Shown here: piece by piece, positions 37,571 to 46,664 of the stretch
Position numbering within the stretch: the stretch's first letter is position 1
How the letters are laid out: each line of letters opens with the position of its first letter
Assembly: GCA_009773415.1 (NCBI GenBank)
Contig: WSNO01000008.1
Coordinates: 9,600-73,599, forward strand
From: Nitrospirota bacterium
Lineage (GTDB): Bacteria > Nitrospirota > Thermodesulfovibrionia > Thermodesulfovibrionales > Dissulfurispiraceae
Length of the DNA: 64,000 bases
Direction of reading: 5' to 3'
Position numbers and translations under genes: made by a program
Notes under the pieces: model-generated
Databases searched by the model: none
What the model was told of the DNA's origin: nothing
Seen by the model: only the letters and a program-made list of their open reading frames with translations

Positions 37571-38033
37571 TGGCGCCTGCGCCCTCCCGCTCCTTGTCAA
37601 ATTCGAGCATGCTCAGGTGGCTTTCTATCAACCGGCGCACTTCTTCCTTGAAATGGCGGCGAATGCCTTTCAGCTCGACAATGTCTTCATGAACCTTGAC
37701 GACTCTTTCCTGCGCTTCCTTTATGGTAGTATCAGCCTTCAGTTCGGCTTCGCGAATGATAAGCTCTGCCTCTTTCCGCGAGTTGCTCTTGTATTCGTCA
37801 ACCATTTGCTGTGCGGTCAGAAGCGTCTCGCGAAGCGTAACCTCCATGTTGCGGTACTCCTGCAGCTGGGCGTCTGCCCTGTTCAGCTGCTCCTTGTACG
37901 ATGCGTTTTCCCGCAGCAGTTCCTCAAGTTCCTCGCGGACAACTTCAAGAAAAGAATAAACTTCATCGACACCAAACCCGCGAAACTTGACCGGGAACTG
38001 TTTTGACTGAATATCCAGCGGAGTAATTCTCAT
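37560..38033 (-). CDS. divIVA: DivIVA-domain protein
   Basis: It has MRITPLDIQSKQFPVKFRGFGVDEVYSFL followed by a coiled coil. Confidence 0.85.
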   Translation of the reverse strand: MRITPLDIQSKQFPVKFRGFGVDEVYSFLEVVREELEELLRENASYKEQLNRADAQLQEYRNMEVTLRETLLTAQQMVDEYKSNSRKEAELIIREAELKADTTIKEAQERVVKVHEDIVELKGIRRHFKEEVRRLIESHLSMLEFDKEREGAGANEA

Positions 38034-38034
38034 A

Positions 38035-38337
38035 CTAATCCCCTCCTTTTAGCCTGTATCCGAATTCAATTAGTGATCGTACGAAGAACCTCTGAAGAAA
38101 AAAGATTGCAAAAATGACGAGCAGCGGTGAAATATCGATCGGACCCAGGCGACCTCCGACCATGCGGCGGACCGGATTGAGCACCGGCGCCGTCACCCTG
38201 CCGAGGAAACGAACTAGCGGGTTGTACGGGTCCGGATTCACCCAGCTGATAATGGCCGCAATAATGATGACCCATGTGTATATCTCAAGAACAATATTCA
38301 ACACTTCCGCGGCTGCGATAATAAGATTGCCGGCCAT
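38035..38337 (-). CDS. yggT: YggT family membrane protein
   Basis: It is ~100 aa with 2 TM helices and the pattern WV.PDPYNP...FL...T.P.L.P.R. Confidence 0.85.
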   Translation of the reverse strand: MAGNLIIAAAEVLNIVLEIYTWVIIIAAIISWVNPDPYNPLVRFLGRVTAPVLNPVRRMVGGRLGPIDISPLLVIFAIFFLQRFFVRSLIEFGYRLKGGD

Positions 38338-39125
38338 TAGTTATTCCTCCCCAGTTCTTCGGCGCGCCGGTGTGCGGACTGAAGCGCATTCATGGTAATT
38401 TCCTTTAATCCCTTTTCTTGAAATGCCGCCAATCCGGCAGCAGTCGTGCCGCCGGGCGATGTCACCATCTCGCGCAGCTTTTCCGGCGACATGCCCTCGC
38501 CTATCTGTTTCGCGGTGCCGATCAGCGTCTGAACTGCAAGCTCACGAGCACTGTCTGAGCTCAGCCCAAGCTGTTCGCCTGCCGCTATCATGCTCTCAAT
38601 AAAAAGCGCAATAAACGCAGGGCCGCTGCCGGACAAGGCAGTAACCGCATTGATCTGCTTTTCGGGGAGCGTGGTCACCTTGCCTATCGACATGAATATC
38701 TGACGCACCGGTGCAATAACCGGTTCGGGCAGGCAGGAGCAGATCGAAAGCACCGACATGCCCTCCAGCACTAAAGCGGGCGTGTTCGGCATAACCCGCA
38801 CGAGACGGGATGTCTTCAGTTTCGACTGCAGATACGCAAGCGTAATGCCAGCCGCAATTGACACAACCGTCTTGTTTTCATCAACGCTGCCCGCTATTTC
38901 ATCGAGAACCTGTCCCATATTCTGGGGTTTTACTGCAAGGATGATAATGGTCGAAGCCTCAACGACCTCCGGATTCGACGCCGTCGTGCGCACGTGGTAC
39001 GTGCTTTGGAGATAGTGCCGCCGATCCTCTTTCGGCTCTGAAACGATAATATCCCTCATTCCTTCAATGCGCATACCCTTGATTAATGCCTCGGCCATAT
39101 TGCCGCCGCCGATAAATCCGATCAT
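38337..39125 (-). CDS. proC: Pyrroline-5-carboxylate reductase
   Basis: It has IGFIGGGNMAEAL, RVMPNTPA and SPGGTT. The ATG at 39125 has a GGAGGGAGGAG RBS. Confidence 0.9.
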   Translation of the reverse strand: MIGFIGGGNMAEALIKGMRIEGMRDIIVSEPKEDRRHYLQSTYHVRTTASNPEVVEASTIIILAVKPQNMGQVLDEIAGSVDENKTVVSIAAGITLAYLQSKLKTSRLVRVMPNTPALVLEGMSVLSICSCLPEPVIAPVRQIFMSIGKVTTLPEKQINAVTALSGSGPAFIALFIESMIAAGEQLGLSSDSARELAVQTLIGTAKQIGEGMSPEKLREMVTSPGGTTAAGLAAFQEKGLKEITMNALQSAHRRAEELGRNN

Positions 39126-39126
39126 G

Positions 39127-39819
39127 CTAACTCCTCCCTCCAAAAATCGCCGTGCCGACGCGCACCATCGTTGCGCCTTCTTCGATGGCAACTCCGAAAT
39201 CGTGCGACATGCCCATCGAAAGCTCCGGCAGAACAGCACCCCTCTTTTCTGCCTGTGCGCGAAGCTCCCTCAGCCGATGGAAATACGGGCGCGCCTTTTC
39301 CGGGTCCGGATCATAGGGGGGCATGGTCATCAGCCCTTCCAGTTTCAGATTGCTGCACTGCCGGATGTGCGCAATCAGTGCGTCGAGGTCGCTTTCCGCA
39401 ACCCCCTGTTTTGTATCTTCTCCCGAGAGTTTCACCTCAACCAGCACTCTCTGGACCTTTCCGTCGTTTGCCGCTTGCCGGTTCAGTTCATCGGCAAGCG
39501 CAACAGAGTCGACAGAATGAATCAGATCAAACAGCCGGATTGCCTGCTTTGCCTTGTTCTTCTGTAAATGGCCGATCAGATGCCACTGAACGCCGGAAAA
39601 CCCATGAGAGGGCTCTCGCAATAGAGCAATCTTGGCGCGCGCTTCCTGCACGCGGCTTTCGCCGAATATGCGCAGCCCGGCCTCCATAGCTTCACGGATA
39701 CGCTCTGCCGGAACGGTCTTGCTCACCGCTATCAACCTGACGGCATCCGGCTCCCTGCCCGCGCGCATGGCGGCATGGCTCATTTTCCTGAGAATTTCAG
39801 AGGCGTTGGTCAGAATCAT
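39127..39819 (-). CDS. yggS: YggS-family pyridoxal-phosphate homeostasis protein
   Basis: It has the PLP lysine in LIAVSKT, WHLIGHLQKNK and SMGMSHDF. Confidence 0.9.
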   Translation of the reverse strand: MILTNASEILRKMSHAAMRAGREPDAVRLIAVSKTVPAERIREAMEAGLRIFGESRVQEARAKIALLREPSHGFSGVQWHLIGHLQKNKAKQAIRLFDLIHSVDSVALADELNRQAANDGKVQRVLVEVKLSGEDTKQGVAESDLDALIAHIRQCSNLKLEGLMTMPPYDPDPEKARPYFHRLRELRAQAEKRGAVLPELSMGMSHDFGVAIEEGATMVRVGTAIFGGRS

Positions 39820-39912
39820 TGCTGTTTATAGTAGTATCAATTATAAACAAAAGCAAGGAAAGAGAGCCACGTTTCACTGTCCGCTCCAAATGACCTGTGG
39901 TATAGTGTATTA

Positions 39913-41358
39913 ATGTCTGACCGCCAGACCTTCACTCTTTCTCTGAACATGAAGCTCATCATGATTATGCTGGGCCTCAGTTGTGCGCTCATCCTCATTT
40001 TGCTCTTCTTTTATACCCGGTTTGAAAAGAAGTTGTATCAGGAGCTTGAAGCGCAGGCCCGCGAACTGACCAAGGCTATCCAAATCGGCGTCGAAGAGGT
40101 GACCGGCCGGGGTGAAACCGATGAGGCCAGGCTCGAAAAATACCTGAAAAGCCTTGATGCAAAGGGGGTCAAGGAAATTTCCATTATCAGCAACGCCGAC
40201 GAAATCATCGCCAGCAGCGACCGTGCGAAGATAGGACCGATTACCCACCGGCGCAAGGAACTCATCATCAAGGCTGAGCTTGGCGAACCGGTCGTCGAGG
40301 AAGGGAAAGCCTATAACGTGATCATTCCCGTAGTTGCGGGAGACACGCAATATGGCTATATTCACCTGAAGATCAACCGCGATGACTTTTCCGAGCTGAT
40401 ACGAATAACGGCGATTCAGCGCATGCTTGCAACCCTTGTCGTTTTTTGTTTCGGCATAGTGGCGATTTTCTTCCTTGCCCGCCGGTATACGCGCCCTATC
40501 AACACGGTCGTTGATGCGGCGATTCGCGTTGCCGCGGGCGACCTGAACCAGCACATCCCGATTACGTCGCGGGACGAGATCGGCAAGCTCTCGGAAAGCT
40601 TCAATTACATGGTCGACAAGTTGCGCGAAAGCAGAACCCTGGAAGAAAAGCTCCGCGCTGCCGAACATCTCTCCGGCCTCGGCGAACTTTCCCGCAGCAT
40701 TGCTCATGAGATCCGGAATCCGCTGAATTTTATCAACCTCAGCATAGACCACCTTGGCGGCAAGTTCCGTCCGGCTGATGAGGAGCAGCAGAAGGCATAT
40801 TTGAACATCCTTCAGGGCATCAAGCAGGAAGTGCATCGCCTGAATAAACTGGTAAACGACTTTCTCATGTTCAGCCGGCCGATGAAGCTGAGCCGCCGGA
40901 CGCTTGCAGCGACGGCTCTCCTTGAGGATGTCATGGCGCTCATCTGGGCAAAAGCCGAAGCAGACGGCATTGCCATCATCAAGAACTATGCCGCTGACCA
41001 AGAGATTTCGGTTGACCCGGACCTATTTAAATCCTGTCTCATGAATGTGATCAGCAATGCGTTCCATGCGATGAACGCCTGCGGCAAGGACGGCATTCTG
41101 AAGGTCATGACCGAGTTTCATGACAACCTCTTTTCGGTCACGATAACCGACAACGGAGAAGGCGTTTCGGCCGATCAGATGGACAGAATCTTCGAGCCCT
41201 TTTTTTCGTCAAAACAATACGGGCTTGGCCTTGGCCTGCCGATGACCCGGAAAGTTATGGAAGAGCATGGGGGCGGAGTCGAGTTCAGGAGTGTCCCCGG
41301 CCAGGGAAGCGAAGTTCGGCTCTATCTGCCTGTTTCATTCAAGGGAACCCTTGAGTAG
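39913..41358 (+). CDS. Sensor histidine kinase (2 TM, periplasmic loop, HAMP, HisKA, HATPase)
   Basis: It has the H-box SIAHEIRNPLN, the N-box NAFHAM and the G-boxes DNGEG and GLGLGL. The start is uncertain (39913 or 39949). Confidence 0.88.
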   Translation: MSDRQTFTLSLNMKLIMIMLGLSCALILILLFFYTRFEKKLYQELEAQARELTKAIQIGVEEVTGRGETDEARLEKYLKSLDAKGVKEISIISNADEIIASSDRAKIGPITHRRKELIIKAELGEPVVEEGKAYNVIIPVVAGDTQYGYIHLKINRDDFSELIRITAIQRMLATLVVFCFGIVAIFFLARRYTRPINTVVDAAIRVAAGDLNQHIPITSRDEIGKLSESFNYMVDKLRESRTLEEKLRAAEHLSGLGELSRSIAHEIRNPLNFINLSIDHLGGKFRPADEEQQKAYLNILQGIKQEVHRLNKLVNDFLMFSRPMKLSRRTLAATALLEDVMALIWAKAEADGIAIIKNYAADQEISVDPDLFKSCLMNVISNAFHAMNACGKDGILKVMTEFHDNLFSVTITDNGEGVSADQMDRIFEPFFSSKQYGLGLGLPMTRKVMEEHGGGVEFRSVPGQGSEVRLYLPVSFKGTLE

Positions 41359-41373
41359 CGAAGGAGATATTCT

Positions 41374-42765
41374 ATGGCAGTAGTAGTGGTAGTGGATGAT
41401 GAACAGCGTCAGCGCGATATCCTGAAGGCTATTCTTGAAGATGAAGGGCATGAAGTCCATACTGCTCCGTCCGCCGAGGACGGACTTGGTGCCATTTGCA
41501 GACTGCAACCTGATGTGGTATTAAGCGATCTGAAAATGGGGGGGATGAGCGGCGTTGAGCTGCTGGGGAAGTTGCCCGATGACACGATACGCCCCGCTTT
41601 CATCCTGATGACCGCATTCGGAACCATCTCTTCAGCCGTTGAAGCCATGAAAAAAGGCGCCCTCGACTACCTTACTAAGCCGCTCGAAAAAGATGAAATA
41701 ATTCTTGCGGTGCGCAAGGCTGCCGAAAGGATTGAACTTCTAAAGGAAAATCTGCGGCTTCGCGATGAACTCTACGGAAAATTCAAGATTGAAGGCATTG
41801 TCGGCAAATCGCCGAAGATGCTCGAGATCATGGATGTTATCAGAAAAGTTGCATCTGCACCGGTAACCGTGCTCATACACGGAGAAAGCGGTACCGGGAA
41901 AGAGCTCGTTGCGCGGGCAATCCACTATAACAGCACACGGAAGAGCAGTCCCTTCACCGCCATAAACTGCGCGGCCATCCCGGAAAGTCTTATCGAAAGC
42001 GAATTGTTCGGCTATGAGGCGGGAGCCTTTACCGGCGCAACACACCGGAAAATCGGCCTCTTTGAAGCGTCCAACAAGGGCACTCTTTTTCTTGATGAGA
42101 TCGGCGACTTGCCCCCGCTCATGCAGACAAAGATTCTTCGCGTGCTGCAGGACAAAGAGGTGCGGCGCGTCGGCGGCAAGGACAGCCTGAAAGTCGATGT
42201 GCGCATTGTCACAGCGACCAATCGGGACCTCGAAAAAGATGTTCCTGCCGGCAGATTTCGCGAAGACCTTTATTACCGTCTGCGCGTGGTGACACTTGCC
42301 CTTCCGCCGCTGCGGGACCGCAAGGAAGACATTCCGGCGCTTGCCGTATTCTTTGTTGACAAGTACAACAGGGAATTCGGCAAGCGCATAAAAGGGGTTG
42401 CTGACAGCGCTCTGAAGGCACTGCTCGACTACCATTGGCCGGGGAACATCAGGCAGCTCGAAGCAATTATCGAACGCGCAGTATTGATGACAGACTCCGA
42501 TACCATTCAGCTGAAAGACATCAAGGATGAATTGCGCGTCAGGAGCGAAAAGAGCCTGCTCGATATGGATCTGCCTGATGAAGGAATCAATTTCGAGGAG
42601 ATGGAGCGGGAACTCCTGAAAAAGGCCATGGTGAAATCCAACAATGTAGCGGCTAAGGCCGCGCGGCTCCTCGGCATGAGCTACAAGACATTCTGGTACC
42701 GTCTCGAAAAATTCGGAATCAATACAGACTCCTCAAAAGAGGATAAACATCCCGAAAAAAGGTAG
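41374..42765 (+). CDS. Sigma-54-dependent response regulator (REC-AAA+-HTH)
   Basis: It has a REC domain (VVLSDLKMGG), [21 protein letters not shown] and a C-terminal HTH. Confidence 0.92.
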   Translation: MAVVVVVDDEQRQRDILKAILEDEGHEVHTAPSAEDGLGAICRLQPDVVLSDLKMGGMSGVELLGKLPDDTIRPAFILMTAFGTISSAVEAMKKGALDYLTKPLEKDEIILAVRKAAERIELLKENLRLRDELYGKFKIEGIVGKSPKMLEIMDVIRKVASAPVTVLIHGESGTGKELVARAIHYNSTRKSSPFTAINCAAIPESLIESELFGYEAGAFTGATHRKIGLFEASNKGTLFLDEIGDLPPLMQTKILRVLQDKEVRRVGGKDSLKVDVRIVTATNRDLEKDVPAGRFREDLYYRLRVVTLALPPLRDRKEDIPALAVFFVDKYNREFGKRIKGVADSALKALLDYHWPGNIRQLEAIIERAVLMTDSDTIQLKDIKDELRVRSEKSLLDMDLPDEGINFEEMERELLKKAMVKSNNVAAKAARLLGMSYKTFWYRLEKFGINTDSSKEDKHPEKR

Positions 42766-42831
42766 GACTCCCGCTATGCGCCGGCATGCCGTTTATATGC
42801 TAACTGTATGATTTTAGTCAATTGTTAAAAA

Positions 42832-42848
42832 TGGCATGAAGTTTGCAT
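42832..42848 (+). promoter_or_regulatory. Sigma-54 (-24/-12) promoter
   Basis: TGGCAT-GAAGT-TTGCAT with GG-N10-GC spacing lies 65 nt upstream of the ATG at 42913. It is directly downstream of the sigma-54 regulator gene. Confidence 0.75.
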
Positions 42849-42912
42849 AATTCAACCGTGCTAATATTTTGGGGCAAGCATACATTCCAAAAATAAAGGA
42901 GGTGAATACCAA

Positions 42913-43221
42913 ATGAAAAAGATTATCGCTCTGTTCGTGGCAGTGCTTTTTGCTCTCTCCGTTACCGCAGCTTTCGCAGCTGACGCGGCAAAACCGGCAA
43001 CTCCGGCAACTCCGGCAAAGGCTGACGAGAAGAAGGCCGAGCCGAAGAAGGACATGAAGGCCGACGAGAAGAAGGCTGAGAAAAAAGCCAAGGCCGACAA
43101 AAAGAAGGCTGAGAAAAAGGCCAAGAAGGACGCAAAAAAGGCTGAGGAGAAGAAGGACGCTCCGAAGGCTGAACCGAAGAAGGCCGAACCGGCAAAGCCT
43201 GCTGAACCGGCAAAGAAGTAA
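42913..43221 (+). CDS. Secreted low-complexity Lys/Ala/Glu-rich protein
   Basis: It has an AAGGAGGTG RBS, a signal peptide (AAFA|AD) and then (KKAE/KKAK)n repeats. Confidence 0.65.
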   Translation: MKKIIALFVAVLFALSVTAAFAADAAKPATPATPAKADEKKAEPKKDMKADEKKAEKKAKADKKKAEKKAKKDAKKAEEKKDAPKAEPKKAEPAKPAEPAKK

Positions 43222-43246
43222 TAATTCTTTTCTGCTTGATGTTTCC

Positions 43247-43276
43247 GAGAGGGCAGATGTAACCATCTGCCCTCTC
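43247..43276 (+). terminator. Hairpin after the K/A/E-rich gene (possible attenuating terminator)
   Basis: GAGAGGGCAGATG-TAAC-CATCTGCCCTCTC forms a 13-bp stem, followed by TTCATATGAATTTTT. Confidence 0.55.
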
Positions 43277-43307
43277 TTCATATGAATTTTTCGTACGGAG
43301 GAATCTG

Positions 43308-43637
43308 ATGAAGACTATAGTTCTGCTCGCATGTTCCCTCTTCATCGCCTTGACCATGACAGCCGGTGCCTATGCGAAGGAGAAACCGAAGGTCATACAG
43401 AGGACAGGCGAAGTGGTTACCATAGACGTTGCCGCAAAGTCGATGACTGTGAAGCATAAGACCGATACGATAATCATTACGCTTACCGACACAACGCTTG
43501 TAAAGATGAATCGGGATCGCAAGGCAGCAAGCGACATCAGGATCGGAGACCGTGTCAGCGTATGGTTCTTTGAAAAAGACAAAACCGCCCGGAGCATCGA
43601 TATCAAACCGGCCGTTGTCGCGCCCGCACAAAAATAA
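43308..43637 (+). CDS. Small secreted protein, unknown function
   Basis: It has a GGAGGAA RBS, a signal peptide (GAYA|KE) and a beta-rich ~85-aa mature part. Confidence 0.6.
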   Translation: MKTIVLLACSLFIALTMTAGAYAKEKPKVIQRTGEVVTIDVAAKSMTVKHKTDTIIITLTDTTLVKMNRDRKAASDIRIGDRVSVWFFEKDKTARSIDIKPAVVAPAQK

Positions 43638-43681
43638 ATCTGTTGCATCCGGAGCGCTCCTGGCATGACCTGCAGCGCTTT

Positions 43682-43711
43682 TTGACCAACCGGCTCACTA
43701 TGCGTTAAAAT
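43682..43711 (+). promoter_or_regulatory. Possible sigma-70-type promoter for dapL
   Basis: TTGACC-N18-TAAAAT lies about 70 nt upstream of the ATG at 43780. Confidence 0.3.
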
Positions 43712-43779
43712 AACATTTAATTTTCAACCTCTTGAAAGAATATGCCATTCAGAATCCAGATTAAAGAAGGGGATGCTCA

Positions 43780-44946
43780 ATGATAGATGTACAGCTCGCT
43801 GATCGTGTAAAAAATCTTCCGCCGTATCTTTTTGCGGCAATCGACAAAATGAAAGATGAATCACTTGCCAAAGGCGTTGACCTCATCAATTTAAGCATCG
43901 GCGACCCCGACGTGCCGACTCCGAAGCATATTGTGGAGGCAATGCAGGCAGCGGTAACCAGGGCAGAGCACCATCAGTACCCGTCGTATGAAGGGATGCC
44001 GGCCTATCGGGCTGCGGTTGCTGACTGGTATAAAGTCCGCTTTCATGTCACCGTTGACCCAAAGTCAGAAGTGCTCTCGCTTATCGGCTCCAAGGAAGGA
44101 ATCGGCCACGTTCCGCTCGCCTTCGTAAACCCCGGCGATGTTGTGCTCGTTCCGTCACCAGGGTATCCGGTCTATCCGGTCGGAACGCTTTTTGCCGGCG
44201 GTGAAGTCCATCTTATGCCGCTTCTGGAAGAAAACAGCTACCTGCCGAACTTCAGGGCAATTCCGGCGGATGTTTTGAAGCGCGCAAAGCTCATGTTTCT
44301 CAACTATCCGAACAATCCCACTTCGGCAGGAGCGCCGAAGTCGTTCTATGAAGAGGCAATCGTACTCGCAAAGAAGCACAATATCATTATCTGCCACGAT
44401 GCAGCGTATTCAGAAGTCTATTTCGACGGCGAAAAGCCGATGAGCTTTCTTGAAGTCGAGGGGGCCATGGACGTCGGCATAGAGTTTCACTCACTGTCAA
44501 AAACATACAACATGACCGGCTGGAGAATCGGGTTTGCAGTTGGCAACGCGAATGTGCTTGCCGGACTGGGCAAAATCAAGTCGAACCTTGACTCCGGGGT
44601 ATTCCAGGCAATTCAGGAAGCCTCGATAGCCGCACTGAAGACAGATGATGCGGTTTTGGCGGATCTCAGAAATATTTTCCAGGAACGCCGGGATGTCATG
44701 TACGAGGGGCTGGTCAGCCTCGGCCTGAAGGTGCAGAAGCCGAAAGCAACGTTCTACCTGTGGGCAAAGGTGCCGCAGGAATACAGCTCTTCCAGCTTTG
44801 TATCTCACCTGCTGAATAATGCCGGAGTGCTCGGCACCCCCGGCGTCGGCTTCGGAGCCCCGGGAGAAGGATATATTCGCTTCGCCCTGACCAAACCGAC
44901 GGAGCGCATCAAAGAGGCTGTAGATCGCATCAAGAAAATTCTGTAA
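43780..44946 (+). CDS. dapL: LL-diaminopimelate aminotransferase (class I/II aminotransferase)
   Basis: The motifs NLPPYLFAAIDK, SIGDPDVPTP, HQYPSYEG, NYPNNPT and SLSKTYNMTGWRIGFAVGN follow the pattern of the DapL family as I recall it. Confidence 0.8.
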   Translation: MIDVQLADRVKNLPPYLFAAIDKMKDESLAKGVDLINLSIGDPDVPTPKHIVEAMQAAVTRAEHHQYPSYEGMPAYRAAVADWYKVRFHVTVDPKSEVLSLIGSKEGIGHVPLAFVNPGDVVLVPSPGYPVYPVGTLFAGGEVHLMPLLEENSYLPNFRAIPADVLKRAKLMFLNYPNNPTSAGAPKSFYEEAIVLAKKHNIIICHDAAYSEVYFDGEKPMSFLEVEGAMDVGIEFHSLSKTYNMTGWRIGFAVGNANVLAGLGKIKSNLDSGVFQAIQEASIAALKTDDAVLADLRNIFQERRDVMYEGLVSLGLKVQKPKATFYLWAKVPQEYSSSSFVSHLLNNAGVLGTPGVGFGAPGEGYIRFALTKPTERIKEAVDRIKKIL

Positions 44947-45402
44947 ATGGCGATGACCTGCATCGGCATCGGCTCCAATCTCGGCGACCGTGAGGGGCAC
45001 TGCCGGGAAGCAATCGCCCGCATGGAACAAGCTGACTGCAGAATACTGAAAGTATCAACCTTTTTTGAAACCAACCCGTGGGGGCTGAGCGATCAGCCTC
45101 TCTTTTTAAACGGCGCTCTCACCATGGCAACCAGCATGCCCCCTGCAGCATTGTTCTCGCTGCTGAAAGCTATCGAAAAAGCTATGGGAAGGCAGGAAAC
45201 GGTCCGATGGGGACCCCGCGTCATTGACCTCGATATTCTTCTCTATGATGACCTCATTCTGCATTCGGCGTTATTGACCATTCCCCATCCATGCCTTCAT
45301 GAACGACGTTTTGCACTGCAGCCCCTTGCAGAGATAGCGCCGGATGCACGCCATCCTGTCTTCGATAAAACAGTTCGCGAGTTATTGGAGGGAGTGCAAT
45401 GA
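44947..45402 (+). CDS. folK: 6-hydroxymethyl-7,8-dihydropterin pyrophosphokinase
   Basis: It has IGIGSNLGDR, RWGPRVIDLDILLY and IPHPCLHERRFAL. Confidence 0.9.
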   Translation: MAMTCIGIGSNLGDREGHCREAIARMEQADCRILKVSTFFETNPWGLSDQPLFLNGALTMATSMPPAALFSLLKAIEKAMGRQETVRWGPRVIDLDILLYDDLILHSALLTIPHPCLHERRFALQPLAEIAPDARHPVFDKTVRELLEGVQ

Positions 45403-45800
45403 GTATGACGTCCTTCACGGTAAAGAGCAGACTCCGCAATGAAATGATCGACATCACCCATGAAGTTGCTCAGGCAGTAAGTCAGGCAGGAGTGCAGTCG
45501 GGGGTCTGTTACCTCCATGTTCCCCACACGACCGCCGCAATAACGATAAATGAAAATGCGGATCCTGATGTTCGGCGGGACATTCTGTCTGCGCTTGCGC
45601 GCGCTTTTCCACAACACGGGGATTACCGCCACAGCGAAGGCAACTCCGATGCGCATATCAAGACGTCGCTGGTCGGAAGTTCTGTCATGGTCCTGATCGA
45701 AAGCGGCCGCCTTGTTCTCGGAACCTGGCAGTCCATTTTTTTCTGCGAATTTGACGGTCCGAGGACCAGAAAAGTCCACTGCAAAGTCATGCACTCATAA
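45399..45800 (+). CDS. yjbQ: YjbQ/UPF0047 family protein (secondary thiamine-phosphate synthase)
   Basis: It has HTTAAITINENADPDV, GNSDAHIK and LGTWQSIFFCEFDGPRTR. Confidence 0.85.
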   Translation: MSMTSFTVKSRLRNEMIDITHEVAQAVSQAGVQSGVCYLHVPHTTAAITINENADPDVRRDILSALARAFPQHGDYRHSEGNSDAHIKTSLVGSSVMVLIESGRLVLGTWQSIFFCEFDGPRTRKVHCKVMHS

Positions 45801-45884
45801 CATCCCGCAGACCGCAGTTGTTTCAAATGCAGTAAATCCTTTAAACTTACTCAATTATGATGTATCGCCTCAGGAGGCCCGCTA

Positions 45885-46655
45885 ATGCAGAGCATGAAGC
45901 ACGTCGAGCCGGTCAGGCTCACCGCACAGTCCCGATTCAAGTTCCGCTGCTATAAAGGCATCGCCTGTTTCACCAAGTGCTGCAATAACATCGATATCAT
46001 GCTGACGCCGTACGACATCATCCGCATGAAAAAACGCCTCGGCATCTCGTCCGGAGAATTCCTGAACGATTACACCTATATAGAAATTGAGGAGAAATCC
46101 ACCTATCCGTTTGTCTATCTCCGCATGAAAGAAGAACCCGGTATGCCGTGCCGGTTTGTCTCGCCTGACGGCTGCACCATCTATGACGATCGCCCCGCAA
46201 ACTGCCGCTATTATGCAGTGGGGCAGGCATCGCTCCGCAAGCAGGATGATAAAGACTCCCCGCCCTATACAGAAGAATTCTATTTTCTCATTAAAGAGCC
46301 GCACTGCCTTGGCCATGAGGAAGAACGCGCACTCACTATCGCTGAATGGCGGGAAGAGCAGGGTGTCGATCTGTTTGATGATATGAACCGGGGATGGAAG
46401 GATCTGCTCTTCCGTCGCAACGCTCCCGGGGCAAAACTGGACGACAAAAAGCAGAAGCTTTTCTATATGGCGTGTTACGATGTTGACCGCTTCCGTCGCT
46501 TTGTATTTGAGAGCGGCTTCCTCGACCTTTTTGAAGTCGCGCCGGCAAAGCTGGATCGCATGAAGACTGACGATATCGAGATGATGCAGTTCGGCTGTGA
46601 CTACATAAAGTTCAATCTCGGCATGGAAGAGACCCTGAAGCCGAGGCAAAAGTAA
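45885..46655 (+). CDS. YkgJ-family Cys-cluster (putative Fe-S/Zn) protein
   Basis: It has an N-terminal FRCYKGIACFTKCC cluster, followed by CRFVSPDGCTIYDDRPANCRYY. Confidence 0.7.
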   Translation: MQSMKHVEPVRLTAQSRFKFRCYKGIACFTKCCNNIDIMLTPYDIIRMKKRLGISSGEFLNDYTYIEIEEKSTYPFVYLRMKEEPGMPCRFVSPDGCTIYDDRPANCRYYAVGQASLRKQDDKDSPPYTEEFYFLIKEPHCLGHEEERALTIAEWREEQGVDLFDDMNRGWKDLLFRRNAPGAKLDDKKQKLFYMACYDVDRFRRFVFESGFLDLFEVAPAKLDRMKTDDIEMMQFGCDYIKFNLGMEETLKPRQK

Positions 46656-46664
46656 CGGGAAAAA

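Noticed and set aside
42814-43357. Minus-strand ORFs (155, 131 and 87 aa) opposite the K/A/E-rich gene, and minus-strand ORFs 32170..32610 opposite the repeat lipoprotein.
   Set aside because: They are low-complexity Leu/Phe/Ser shadow frames of GAA/AAG-rich repeats. The plus-strand genes have an RBS, signal peptides and, for 42913, a sigma-54 promoter.
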